A stretch of DNA of 63,177 nucleotides, the filler included, from Vannella sp. (Eukaryota), in the NCBI GenBank assembly GCA_023345925.1. It is 5 parts of 5 records of this genome, joined end to end, with 100 filler letters (N's around TTAATTAATTAA, not from the genome) between each part and the next. Parts side by side here need not be neighbours in the genome. Positions count along the whole stretch, not along the records: positions 1 to 31,191 come from JAJQQN010000962.1; positions 31,292 to 48,314 come from JAJQQN010000050.1; 3 more parts are not named here. The stretch is one strand, 5' to 3'. Position 1 is the stretch's first letter; each line of letters opens with the position of its first letter. Below the pieces are notes generated by a model that saw only the letters and a program-made list of their open reading frames with translations, was not told where the DNA came from and made no database searches. Positions 24,633-36,321 of the stretch are shown here, piece by piece. Made by a program: the position numbers and the translations under genes.

Positions 24633-25000
24633 ATTCCAATTGGGTTGATGGGCACAGACCCCTTTTAGAGTGTCTCGAAAGGTGTCAATCACTGATAGGG
24701 TGTTCCTAGAGGGGAACAAGGGCTGCAGAGGAACCTGCGGTTGGGACGTGGAGGAAACCTCCTGCCAGGGTGGCCTTCTTCCTGATGACCTCCATCTCTT
24801 CAGGATAAGCTGTTGGACTGATTTCATTTTTTCACTTTTTGTCTGCTTGAGGACTCAAACAAGGGGAAACCCCTCGTTGCTAGTGACTTCTCTCTCATTT
24901 TAAAGGGGCCGTGAACTGTCTCAGCATAAACGGCAGCATTTTAATGCAGCATCACTTTTTTTCTCAGTAAGGTGGACCACAACCGTTGTCTTGGACTGGA

Positions 25001-28000
25001 TCAGGATGTGATCTGCCATGGGCTGCGGCAAATAGGACAGCAGCGCTTCCATTGCATTCGCAAGGAGCTGTTGAAAGTTGGAGCAGTGCTTTCTGGTAGA
25101 GCCGCTCGATGACACCTGCCCTCTTTCAGTTCCAACTCTTTTCTGAAGAAACAGTTGAACTTACATCGTACACTGACGGATGAGAGCGAGATTGCCCATT
25201 CGGATTTCGCCTAAAGTGATAATGTCAGTCCGATGGACAAGGGTTTTGGGCAGTTTGGCATATTCAAACTGAAGGGCTCCCAATTCCCGTTTGCATCCCT
25301 GCTCGATCTGGTTCTGGTCTAAAAAGCCGAGCAGAGGAGGATCCAAGTCCAGTTCTTGGTGGAGTTGCGGAATCGACTTTCTCCGTTCCAACATCAGAAG
25401 GCCCAACTTGGCAAGCTTCAGCCCTGACTTCACCTTCTTGAAATAATCCCAAGTGTACTCCTTTGCTACAGCCACGCTCAATCACATGAAAAATTCGTCC
25501 CCTCCATTAACTCACGTTTCGGGATGGATCTGACCGACGAACGGATTTCTTGGATCTGGTTCATAATGTTGGATATGATTTCCGGTGCCGCATTCAGTAA
25601 AAGGTATTCTACGAATGCCTCATCTCTTGAGGCTTGCAGCCGAAGATGATAACTGTATGCAATCAAGGAAAGAAGTTGGTCCATAAACGAATCATCATAC
25701 AAGAGTGATATCTGATCTCTCGTGAGTGGTGACAGGTTCTTTTGAGTGGAAGTCACTTACACACGGTTGCAGATGGGGCAAAGACTTTGCATTGTAAATA
25801 AAAAAGTATTGAGGATAGCTTTGTCCCCCTAGTAACTCTAAAGCTTGTTTTGACGGATCCTGATCGTCAACTTGAAGATACCTCATCACGTTGCGGAGAA
25901 AATAGCTTCCAAACCCGATGCTCCATGTTAAAAAGGGTATCAATGGCTTCACCATCTCATCTCTAAAGGTATGAGGACCTCCTATTCCAGATAAGTGACG
26001 CCGTCTTATTTGTAGTTCAGTGGCTTACCAACAGAGGTTGACACGACGTGGAGAAACTTAGTAAATGTACTGTGGACATAAGCGACCAGAAGGCGGGACT
26101 GGCAATCAAGATACCCAATTTGATGATTCTTAGAAACTCTCAAAAGCTGTGATAAGATGATTTGGAAGGGAATATGAAGCGCCTGCTTGGATTCCACATC
26201 CAAAGATTGATAGTCACTAAGCAGCCAGGGAAGTACAGAGAAGAGAAATTGCTCCGTGGACCTATTACAGGTATCTCGGAAGTAGAGCAGTAGGTCCCAG
26301 TTTGATGCCTGTGTGAGCGTACAACGCTCAAAAAGATCCGCCAAGGCTTTTCCCAATTGCATCTGGTTCATAGATCCTCCACTCTCTAATGGGCTGGTCC
26401 TTACAAAGTATCTCAATCCAGAGTTCCACTCCGCCACACAAAACGCTGTCCCATTGGGAGAGCTTGCCATCGACAATGGCCTCCCTAGAGACACATCTAC
26501 GGCTTCAATGGCTATTTTTTGTGCGTCTTCGCCCTTCATGCGCTTGGAGTCCTGCATAGGCTCACTCTTGCAGCTGATCTGAATGGAATCAATGACATCC
26601 AATGTTCTGCTGCTGCACGATTCCAAAACACCATTGCTGTATCCCAAAAGCATTTCTCCATTAGTAAAGGACTCTAAGATGCTGATGGCCTGGGCTCGTT
26701 CCTTGCAACCTTTTGGGACGTAGAAGAGGACAGGGGACTCTGTCATCGGTTCCATCCTGTAGATAGAGGTTTCTCTACCATTGGAGGAAACGGCAATCAG
26801 TGGACGAATCATGTGGTCAAACAAAGCGTTCCTATCGAACTTCACATGAGTAGTGTGCCAGCGTGGAAGGCTGGGTGCCGGAATCTCCATGAAGCACAAG
26901 AGGTCCGCTTTAAGCAAGGGCTTTTCTTGCTGGGCTGGTTGGATTATGAATATCAGCTACTTGATAGCTCTGTCCATCTGTAAGGAGAGAACTCACCAGG
27001 CATGGGCAACTCAAATTGCAGAGAATACAATCCAACTCGGTTGGCCTGAGCCGGCCCTGAGATGGCAAGATAAGCGGCCCTGGGTAGTTTGTCCACTCCC
27101 AAACTGCCGCGGAGAAAGTGGATGTCACAGCATCTCATCACTGAGCGGTTTGATTGTAAAGGATTGGGCAGAAGGATGCTGACAGTGCTCCACTGAAACA
27201 CCAACGGAGGCTTATAAACGAGAACGATACGGCCGTCACTACAACATGCCAAGAATGCCGGAATTGCTTGGCGCGAGACTCCGTTCCCCGAAAACTTGGC
27301 TAAAAGTTCCGGCGTTGGTCCGGCCCCTTCCTTTGGCTGTGAGAACTATTCAAGGTCTTTGGTGAGTGTCTAATAGCGGTTGTGGTAGTGTGGGGAGCTT
27401 CGTACCAACTGCAAAGGGATCCAATAGAGTGCGACCACGTTGGGGAGGGAGAACTCCTTGGTGCAGTGCCACTGGTTGATGTTATGTTGCTTCATCTCCC
27501 ACAAACACACTCGCTCTACCCCATCAGCACTAAGAAGCATGGACTCTAGTCCAATCGGCGCGAAAGCCAACGTACTTCGTCCGCCCTCGTCAGTAGAGCT
27601 CTCCCTTGAACTGTGCTTCTTCTTACTTGATAGGGTACTGATGCGGTGTCTCTAGCTTGACATGATCAGACGGAAACGCGGGGTTGCTGATGAAGATCAC
27701 TTGAGAGAGAAGCCCCGGCCTTCCCTCGAGAGGACGAGATGCACTTTGCGATGCTGGAGGTAAAGAACTCCCAGGCTTACTCTCTTGACCTCCCAGGGCT
27801 CCACCCGCCTCCACAGGAGCCTCTACCGAACTGCTGAAGGCGATTACGTTCGACTCGGCCCACGCCACACTCCTGTACTTCCTGTCACCACTACAACACC
27901 ACTCAAGCATCTCCTTACTGCACCTGCGCCTTCTCCAACTGCTCCAGAGGGCAGAACTCGTCCACCCGCCCCTCCGCCAAGCCCACCGCCTGCGTGGAGT

Positions 28001-28013
28001 ACACACAGCGCAT
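25001..28013 (-). CDS. MED16: Mediator subunit 16 (spliced)
   Basis: SVAWAESNVIAF, LLSADGVERVCLWEMKQHNINQW, MASSPNG, NWDLLL and DIITLGEI..RQCTMC; terminal WKRCCPICRSPW. Confidence 0.8.
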
Positions 28014-28072
28014 CGCAATAATGCCTACACGACCCACCCCTTGGTTGGGGGACCATTCTCTGGCTCCTCGCC

Positions 28073-29205
28073 ATGGCGGAGGCTCCTCCTAGCCCGGTCC
28101 CTGCTGCCCCTGTTGCGGGGCCTGATGGCTTTTTGCTGTTCCGGAAGCGTTTGTATCGGGTGGGAGCTGTGGTCTTGGGTGCGTGGGCGTTACGGGAGTG
28201 TTGGAATGAGTTCTCGCCCTTCTCGTTGTACCACAACCCTGAGTGGGAGCGTCATGTGCGAGAGAAGCCGGCCAGTTCCTTTGTGTATGATCAGGGGATG
28301 ACACAGTACGTACAAGGACGATCAAGTATGCTGGTCCTACCTTTGGAGGACTTCACGTCATCCCACAAGCGTGGGGTGATGATTGTCAACCCAATCTGCC
28401 TCGGGGACGATCAGATGCGCGAGATTGAGGCCTTGGGACAAGTAAGTGGGCCATGCGTGAGATACCTGAGCTTCTATAACTCATCTTTGCCCAGGTAGAG
28501 GCTCTGCTTGTGCCTAATAGAGGGAGCAGGCGCGATCTTCGCGCTTGGGTGGAGCGGTTCCCTCAAGCGCTGGTCATCTGCCCTCAGAAGGCTCGGAGAG
28601 CTGTTGAAAGGATCACTCCTATCGATAAGACAACGCAGCAGCTGCTAAAGCGAAGCTGGAGGGGAGTAAGGGCCATCCCTGCTGTTGGGATCCGCTCTTG
28701 GGCATCAGATCAAGCCTATTCGTACGATTTGGACTCCCGAGTGTCTCCTGATCTGGTCAAGGATGCTTCCAAGAGTAGGAGGGCGATGATAATGACCGGA
28801 GGTCTGAGTTACTTCACTCCCACGTCCAACTTGGTCCGTAACTATCTGCTGGGAGCTGAAGAGCACGGTCCCATCGTATCCAGATGGAACCAAAGAGCCC
28901 TTCTATCTGATAAGGTAGCGTACGGCGCCTGGCTGAAGGAGACAGTCAACGATATTCGACCCGAAGTGCTGGTTGTACTGCCTCAGTCTCACCAAGAGCC
29001 CCGCAAGCCCTACTTTGACGCACAACCCACTCCACCGATAGATCTCATCACACAACTGGTTCATCTGTACCTTGCCGTGCCTGGAAAGACCCTCCAAGTG
29101 ACCTTCCCCGACCTCCCACCCGAGGAACAGCTCGCACGATTGACGGAGAAGATCGAAGAGGTCTCCCAAGCCAACACCATGCCAGTGAGCCTTCATAAAC
29201 AGTAA
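28073..29205 (+). CDS. DUF4336-like (metallo-beta-lactamase-fold) protein, metal-binding His apparently lost
   Basis: Spliced IVNPICL..EIEALGQ/VEALLVPNRGSRRDLRAWVERFPQALV resembles the DUF4336 pattern P..L..LG.V..PN..H..W..FP.A. Confidence 0.55.
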
Positions 29206-29245
29206 CAAACGGCCTCTACCGCCATTTCCCGGCCTCCAGGTGCGC

Positions 29246-30271
29246 ATGGTGTTGAACACTCCCTTGGACAAGCAGATACAGCAGACGGTGTGGTCCGCTG
29301 TAGTTCCTATCGAACTCTACTTGGCTACAGAAGAGCTGGCAACCCAAGTTCCCCCCGATCCCTTCTACGTAGGAGCTGTCAGGGCGCTTGGAATGGGCGG
29401 GACCTGAAAGTAGGGGCGTAGATCCTTGCACCACGAGTGGGATACCTTCCAATTGCTGCGCAGGTAGCTGAAGCATACTTCTTAGACTTTGTAGCTTCTC
29501 GCATCGACGGAATGTGGTTCAAATGCGACAATATCCCTCTCAAGTGGTGCGAACATCCGCTGTGCCCTTCCCTAATGCTCACAATAGTACCCATACGAAG
29601 GAATCTTCCTCTAGGAGTGCTTTACGATCTGTTTGGAAAGGGAGAGCTGCCCTGGCGTATCGAAGTCAACTTCCAGAACTTCCCCGCTAACCGACTTCAG
29701 CGTTGGGAGAGCGAGGACAGTCTTAAGGCTCACTTTATGAACAACCTGAAGGAGGTTTGTATCTCAGTTGTCTACACTGACCGGAGGTGACTTACTGTGG
29801 GAGGAAAGGCCAACCATCTTAAGGACCGGAGCAACACCGCCATCAACAGCCTTTCCATGGAAGACCAGAGCACTCTCTGGGACTCTGTGAAGAACCGTTC
29901 GTACCTGCTGAGCTCTGTTCGACTTGTCACTCACAGAAAGAGCAGAAGACCATCGAGCCTTCTCTCAAGTGTACCCAAAGCTTTGCAGGAGTGAAGAGAG
30001 CCTTAAGTTCGTTCCCATTCGCATCATCAGAGAAGAAGGAGTCATTTCCATGTCTCCTATCACCTGCCAGCGCGCAGACGGAACGGCCACCACCATTGGT
30101 GACGTCCTCTCCTCGCTCCCAGACTACACAGAGACCCACCAAGTCCTCATCCATGGCGTTTCTCCGTCCTTAGATACACCCGTTGCGTGGCTGGCCTACC
30201 ACTGCTGCCATCCCGACAACTTTGTGTACATTTCTGTGCGCGGCCCTCCTCCTACCCAATTGCGTGATTAA
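29246..30271 (+). CDS. ATG5: Autophagy protein 5 (spliced)
   Basis: VWSAVVP, APRVGYLP, MWF..IPLKW/NLPLGVLYDL, LPWRIEVNF, FMNNLKE/A (conjugation Lys) and IHGVSPSLDTPVAWL..HPDNFVYI. Confidence 0.93.
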
Positions 30272-30459
30272 TCGCTCTTTGCTTCATTCCATTAGACTCT
30301 CAACCCACTCCAAAAGCTCCTTTGAAGAACAAAGGTGTCCCACTGGTTCGACACCTCCAAGGGGCACCCAAAAAAGGATTTTTAGACCGTTTAATGATAA
30401 CGCAATGAAGAAGAGACTTCAAATCTCCCGCTTGGCCGGGAGAAGGGATGGCTGATCCC

Positions 30460-31191
30460 TTACATACTTCCTTGAAGACTGGCCCGCGCTATTTCCTTGA
30501 GAAGAATCGCTTGGCGGAGTTTCTGCTTTCGGAAATGGATTTCTGTTAGAATGACACAGCAGGTGATGATTATGATGGCTCCCGCAACCATTCCCATGGA
30601 GACCCACGCTAGAGTGTTGTCCAATTGACTTTTGGCCGAAACACAAGGGTCTGAATCACCGGTACCGGCCAAAAGCAGGGCAAAGTTGGTAAGATGGTCT
30701 GTCAGGCCACACAAGAACTCAGAGTCATTCGCAGTGTCACCGATGGCGGAGTTGGGGTTGCTGAGGCAATTGTCCTCGCATCTCCATTCGCCTTTTTCTT
30801 CATCCAAGTATCCCAAGCACAGTTTTTCGTCCTTTTTGGTGGTTTTCGGGCGTGGCAGGCAAATAGTGAGGGGAAACTCCAGCTCAGTGATGGATCCTCC
30901 TTGGAAATTGGCTAAAGTGATCTCAAATACCAAACTGTCAATTTGGCCACTTCCGACCGTCTTGTTCAATGGCGTTACTGTGAGAATCGAGTTGGGAGGA
31001 GTCTCTGAGCTTCTTGGGATGAAGATGAGTCCCTCTACTCCATCGTTCTTGTCGTACACTTTGCCAAAGTGACAACAATTGGTGTCATTGAGGAAGAAGT
31101 CGAATCTTGATGGCGTGTCTGTGGCACCTTCGCTCGCATTCTCACTAATGGATCGGCTTGAAGTTAGGCTTTGGCTCCTACTCGAAGATTG
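30460..31191 (-). CDS. GPS/GAIN-motif single-pass membrane protein, 5'-truncated by the gap
   Basis: CLGYLDEEKGEWRC..CGLTDHLTNFALLL GPS motif, followed by one TM helix and a short tail. Confidence 0.75.
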   Translation of the reverse strand, partial: QSSSRSQSLTSSRSISENASEGATDTPSRFDFFLNDTNCCHFGKVYDKNDGVEGLIFIPRSSETPPNSILTVTPLNKTVGSGQIDSLVFEITLANFQGGSITELEFPLTICLPRPKTTKKDEKLCLGYLDEEKGEWRCEDNCLSNPNSAIGDTANDSEFLCGLTDHLTNFALLLAGTGDSDPCVSAKSQLDNTLAWVSMGMVAGAIIIITCCVILTEIHFRKQKLRQAILLKEIARASLQGSM

Positions 31192-31291
31192 NNNNNNNNN
31201 NNNNNNNNNNNNNNNNNNNNNNNNNNNNNNNNNNNTTAATTAATTAANNNNNNNNNNNNNNNNNNNNNNNNNNNNNNNNNNNNNNNNNNNN
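31192..31291. other. Artificial contig linker (N44-TTAATTAATTAA-N44)
   Basis: Six-frame-stop spacer flanked by Ns. Confidence 0.97.
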
Positions 31292-33933
31292 AGAGTTCTC
31301 CATGGTCTCTGACGCCTTCAACTTTGACGAGCCTGAGACTGTGATAGAGGAGAACGACTCATCTGCTCAGCTGGCGCACCTTCTTGAGCAGCAAGCGGTG
31401 GAAGCGGAGCGAATAGCGATGTTGGAGAGGGAGTTGGTCGCTAAGGAGGCCACAATCGCTTCTTTACAGGAGGAGTTGGCGCGAATGGCGGAGTCAGAGG
31501 ATGTACAGGCTTTGAGAGCGTCTCATACGCAGCTGACAGCGTCCTACGCTACCATGACGGAGGAGTATAACACCATTCTTGGCTCCCTCCGAGCGATTAA
31601 GCTGGAGGCCGCTGGCCCCCAGGGGACTGCTTCACTTGAGAAGCTTGAGCAACAGAATAGCTCTCTTCAGAAGATCCAACAGGAGCACTTACGCAACCTA
31701 GAGAGCCAGCAAATGGAGTTGAAGGACGAAAAACACAAGAATATGGAGCTCTACACGCAGCTGCAGTCTGCTTTGGAAGTGGTGCAGTTCATGAAGGATG
31801 AAAGACACGTTTGGAAGTCTGTTTCACTGCACGCAGACCAGCAACTCGACGAACTCGAAGAAAGATTCGCTGCTTCCGAAGTTCAGCTCTCTCTGGCGCT
31901 TAATCGAGAACAGAAGCATCTACGAGATATCCAAGGTCTTCAATCATCACTGGAAAGCGCTCAAAACGCCTCGCTGAAGCTCCAAAACGAACTAACCGCC
32001 GCTGAAAAGGAGCATTCAAGTATCAAGCAGCAACTGGAGGCCTTAGAAGAGACATACAGCTCAACCTCTGACGATCTTAAACAACAATACTCAGAGTCTG
32101 AGCGCCTGTCTACCCTGCTGTCAGAGCAAACAGCTCTCGCAAACTCATCTGAGAAGTCTCTCTCTGCATTGAACATCCGCCACAGCGTTCTCTTGACAGA
32201 GCTAGAAGCCACATCTTCAAAGCTTACCGCTGCTCAGCAAGAAGCCAGTGACTTACAAGCCACTTTAAAGAGTCTCGCAAGTGACACTGCCACTTGGAAG
32301 GAGCAGTTGGAAGCTTCTCTTCGCGCTAAGGACAGAGACATTGAGGCTATCAAGTGTCAGTTAGAGTCAATGGCCAAGTCAAATGCAACTTTAGGCAGCG
32401 AAAAGGCTCATCTACAAGAGCTTTCGAGTGATCTTCAGATTCAATACGAGCAAGTCACTTCTCAGTTGGCCATTCAAAAGGAGCTATTGGTGCAAACAGT
32501 ACGCTCACATGACGAGCTTCTTAGTACTCAACAATCTGAGCATTCCAGTGCCCTCGCAACACAACAGACGGACGCTGAAAGCCAAATGACTCTCGCTTTG
32601 GAGGAACAGGAGACTCTGTTGAGAAACAGTCTCGCCCTCCTCTATCGAGCGGAGCTCAATGCTACTTGCGAAGAGCTTATATCATGTTTTGGAGAGCTTG
32701 CTGAAGGCCAGTGTGCTCAACAAGTGACTAATCACAATCAAAAGTTGTTGGAGATGGAGAAGGAGAACACTCTCACTCTTCTGGAGGTTCGCTCTACCTT
32801 GGAAACCGAACTTAAGCAGCAGCAAGAGACTCACACTACCCAAACAACTCTGGCCCAACGAGCCCAGAGAGAGTTATCGGAAGAGCACCAGCGGGCTCTG
32901 GCAGAGCAACAGGAGACATCTTTGTGCCAGCTCCAACTCCAAAAGGAGACTTACACAGAGGAAGTCGCTCGTCTGCTCCACATCCAAGCCGGATTAGAAG
33001 CCCAACAGAGCATTCTGGAGGCCAAACAAGCTTCTTTAGAGTCCGAGAGGGACGGTTTGCTGGTCGCGCAAAGAGAACTCTCCGTTTCTGTGACACTGAA
33101 ACAAGAAGAACTAGTTACTCTACATTCTCAATGGGAGGCTCTGACGACTCACCAACAGGCGACCCAAGATTTGGCCGATTCTCGTCAATTAGAGTTGGAG
33201 CAAGTCACTCGCCGTTTGAAGGCCCAAGCTGAGGTTGAGGCTCAACAAACACTTCTCCAGACAAAGCAGGTGTCTCTGGAGGCCGAGAGAGACAGATTGG
33301 TCGATCAGCAAAGCGAATTGTCGGCTTCTCTCTCAACCAAAGAGCAGGAAATCACTCAACTCCGCCAGCAGCTGGAAGAATCCACAGCCAGCCATTGCAA
33401 CACACAAAAAGTAACCGAGTCTCTACAATCTCAGCTAATGGAGGCCTCTGTAGAGCAGAAGAGTCTCCAATCAAGACTTTCTCAACTCGAAGTGAGTTTG
33501 AAGGAAAGTCTGTTTACTTCGCGAACACTTCAAAGCGAGCTTCTTCTATCGTCTCAGAATATCAAGGATCTTCAGGAGAACCTAACAGCCTCCAACAATC
33601 AACTCACCAGCTCTACAGAGCGTTCAAACCACCTTCAAGTGGACTTGGCCAAATGCCAGCAGGATGTAAGTTCCCACTCAACCCAAGGCTCTATCCTGGA
33701 TACTAACGGGAGGAAATTAGTTGGACCAAGTGATGGAGCGATACGAGAGAGAACTAAGCGAAGTGACTTTGGAGTCTCTCATGAACGAACTGGACCGGAC
33801 TCAGCTCCAGATCCAAATGGAAGTGCTCTTGGCTCTCTGTGAGGAGAACCATCTTCTCTCCGATTCAATAGTCTTCCAAGAGAATGTTTCCCTGAAGCGA
33901 GAACTGAACCAGCTTCTCGCTTGTGGCGAATGA
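31292..33933 (+). CDS. Long coiled-coil protein, probably 5'-partial
   Basis: More than 800 aa of E/Q/L/S-rich heptad sequence; one GTAAGT intron near 33666. Confidence 0.75.
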
Positions 33934-34143
33934 CCAGTCCCAATCCCCTTCCCGGTCCCCTTCATTGTACGATAATATCTTTTCCTCTTCTCCTCCTCTT
34001 CCCTTGGGCTATCGTTTTGGCAGTGACTGGGACAATACGGTTTGCAGTACCTGCTGAAAATACAAAAGGAATGACAGTAGGAGGAGCATGCCAACTGTCC
34101 TTTCGAGACAGCAGGGAAGGCAGTAAACCGGTGGTGATAATCA

Positions 34144-34228
34144 CCCGAAGGACTTTTGTTTTCGAGACAAACGCATAACCGCCATGCTTCTATTCACCTT
34201 AGTGAACACCAGGAGTCGAACCTGGAAT
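34144..34228 (-). ncRNA. Circularly permuted tRNA-like element (anticodon CGA, Ser-like)
   Basis: Minus strand reads ATT CCAGG-TTCGACT-CCTGG TGTTCAC T AAG GTGAATA GAA GCAT-GGCGGTT-ATGC G TTTGT-CT CGA AA-ACAAA AGTCC-TTCG-GG. All four arms pair, but the T-arm comes first. Confidence 0.6.
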
Positions 34229-34476
34229 TTTGTGGCCACTTCCCCCCCAAGCGACAAGTCTTCCCTTAGCATTCAGGATATTTCTTCAACGCACGCACAC
34301 GTTCAGGATTTGACCGAAACGGCACTCTCAACGCGTCTATTTGTGGATCTCCTCACCTGCTGCCTGGAAGTGTAGATGAAGCTAAGTGAGTGAGTAAGTT
34401 ACTGAGAGGTTCTTTTGGATGTTGAACTACTCATGGAAGAGGATTGGAAGAGAGTTTAATGTGTGAGAGCCTTGGT

Positions 34477-36321
34477 TTAGGCGTGGCTGGCTGGAAAGTC
34501 TCTCAGTTGGATGAGAGGGTCTCTTTGTTTCAGCATTTTGGTCCACTTTCGATTCACAGCAGAGACCATTCGGTTCTGGCGATCCACGTAGTCCTTCTGA
34601 GGGCGGATAGGCAGCTTGTCCACTCCTTTGAACCAGTTAAAGTTCCATTCAAAGTTCCAAGGATAGCTGTTGGACAAGTTAGCCAGTGCCGAGGATGAGG
34701 ATGGGGATGGACTCACTTTTGCTTCTCAGCGTCTGTGAGAGGAGCTGTTTCTAGAATCCAGGGGCGAGGATTCTCCCAAAGTGCTGCCTCTCGAAGGTTA
34801 AAAGTTCCGTTGCTGAACTGTTGATAAGGGCGTGAATTCAGTTCACACCAGGACTTGCAAAACATCAATATCTGCATTGGCTGTTACAACCTGAACTCTC
34901 CTACCTCAATGTATATCTCGTGTCGGGTTGTCACATTTGGAAAGGCAGCTTCAAAGTTGGCATCGAGCATATCGCCAAGGAAGTGCGCCATCTGAATAAT
35001 CATGTCCGGTCTCGACGCAAATTTACGGAGTTGGCGTGGATTCAGAGCGCGCTCCAGAGGGAATCGAAAAGCAGACTTTGAGTGAGGTTCAAAAGTGAGT
35101 GCCACTGCGTCGCATTTCTTCGTACGAAGCTTCATCCTCCAAGAAAACTGATGTCCATACTCATTCCAAGCGACGATTCCAGGATAAAGATGAAGACGAA
35201 GCGGAACAACGACCTGGTGAGTGATGAAAACGACAAATAGAAGTACCACAACGGTCTCTTTGGTAGTCAGACTACGAGGGGCTGTCTGAGCAAAAGTTTG
35301 GGTGGGAATTGGTGCAAAAGCTTCCCCTCTTGGAGCGAAAATCTTGTGCCAGATGCGTCGAGGCCAATCAGGAGGGAGAAAAAAGGTTGTGGAGGCAATC
35401 ATCATCCAAGGGAAGATGCCAATATTGAAGATAAGCTTGTTCGAGATGTGGAAGATGGCAGTCAAGACTAATCCTATCGGCAAAGTCCTCTTCCAGAGAA
35501 GCAGCGGGGCTGCAATCAAGTCATAAATTAATCCTCCGTAACTCATAAAGTAGGCTGTTGATTCTTTCTCCAAGATCCAGCCCAAATAAGGTGCCCCTGC
35601 CCGATGGGACATCCAAAGTCGCAAGGGCTCTCCTCGCAACCAGTCCTCGTTGATCTTACAAACACCTGCAAAGGTATAGACTATCGCGAGCTCTGCTTTG
35701 ACAAAGATCAAGCACCATCTAGGAGAGTAAGGGAAGCGGAGTGACTCAGAAGTATAGTACTTACTTGGGGCAGGTGCGGGAGTAAATCTTAGGCCATAGA
35801 TAGGCATCAATAGAAAAATAACAGTTGCAAGGTAACAGAATCATCATGAATGAGAGCACAGAGACCAAATAGAAGTGGTTCAAGTAAAAAGCCTGCTCTA
35901 GCATGTAGATGTACGTGAAGAGGGCAAAGAACACTACACTAGAGAGTCTATATAAGAAACCCAGGGTCACAAAAAGGCCAGCAACCATCATCACGAGGAT
36001 AGCTGCCTTGAGAACGTCAGGATTGGAAGGAACTTCGCACCACTCGAAGCCGAAGTACTTGAACTGAATGATGCTGTTGTAGAAAGAGTAGAACATCTTC
36101 CCGTACTCGTATGCCGTGTAGGTATACGCCTCATAGGCCATAATCGAGCCCCAAAGGATGCGGAAGACAGCCAAATAGGAGGCATCATCCTCCTCGAACA
36201 GGTACGCCAGCCCGCGCTTTAACCATGCCCCAGAATAGGTTCTAATCGCCTTCTGCTTGCCTGTCACCGTGGGATCATCAACTTTGTCGTGCACTGAAGC
36301 CGCTTTCCCCGCCCTCCTCAT
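34477..36321 (-). CDS. Vitamin K-dependent gamma-glutamyl carboxylase-like (HTTM domain) protein (spliced)
   Basis: LAVFRILWG, YLNHFYL, AGVCKINEDWLRGE, FHISN..IGIFPW, FSWRMKLR, RPDMIIQMAHFL and LNSRPYQ; three introns. Confidence 0.88.

Noticed and set aside
30335..30369. GGTTCGACACC B-box-like motif inside a GGTGTCCC/GGGGCACC stem
   Set aside because: Only a 2-bp T-stem and no D or anticodon arm; too weak to call an RNA gene.
34107..34364. RNase P RNA, based on GAGGAGATCC and CCGGTTTA resembling the P4 strands
   Set aside because: There is no room for P2/P3 before the first motif and P4 pairing does not extend; kept only as an unknown structured RNA.
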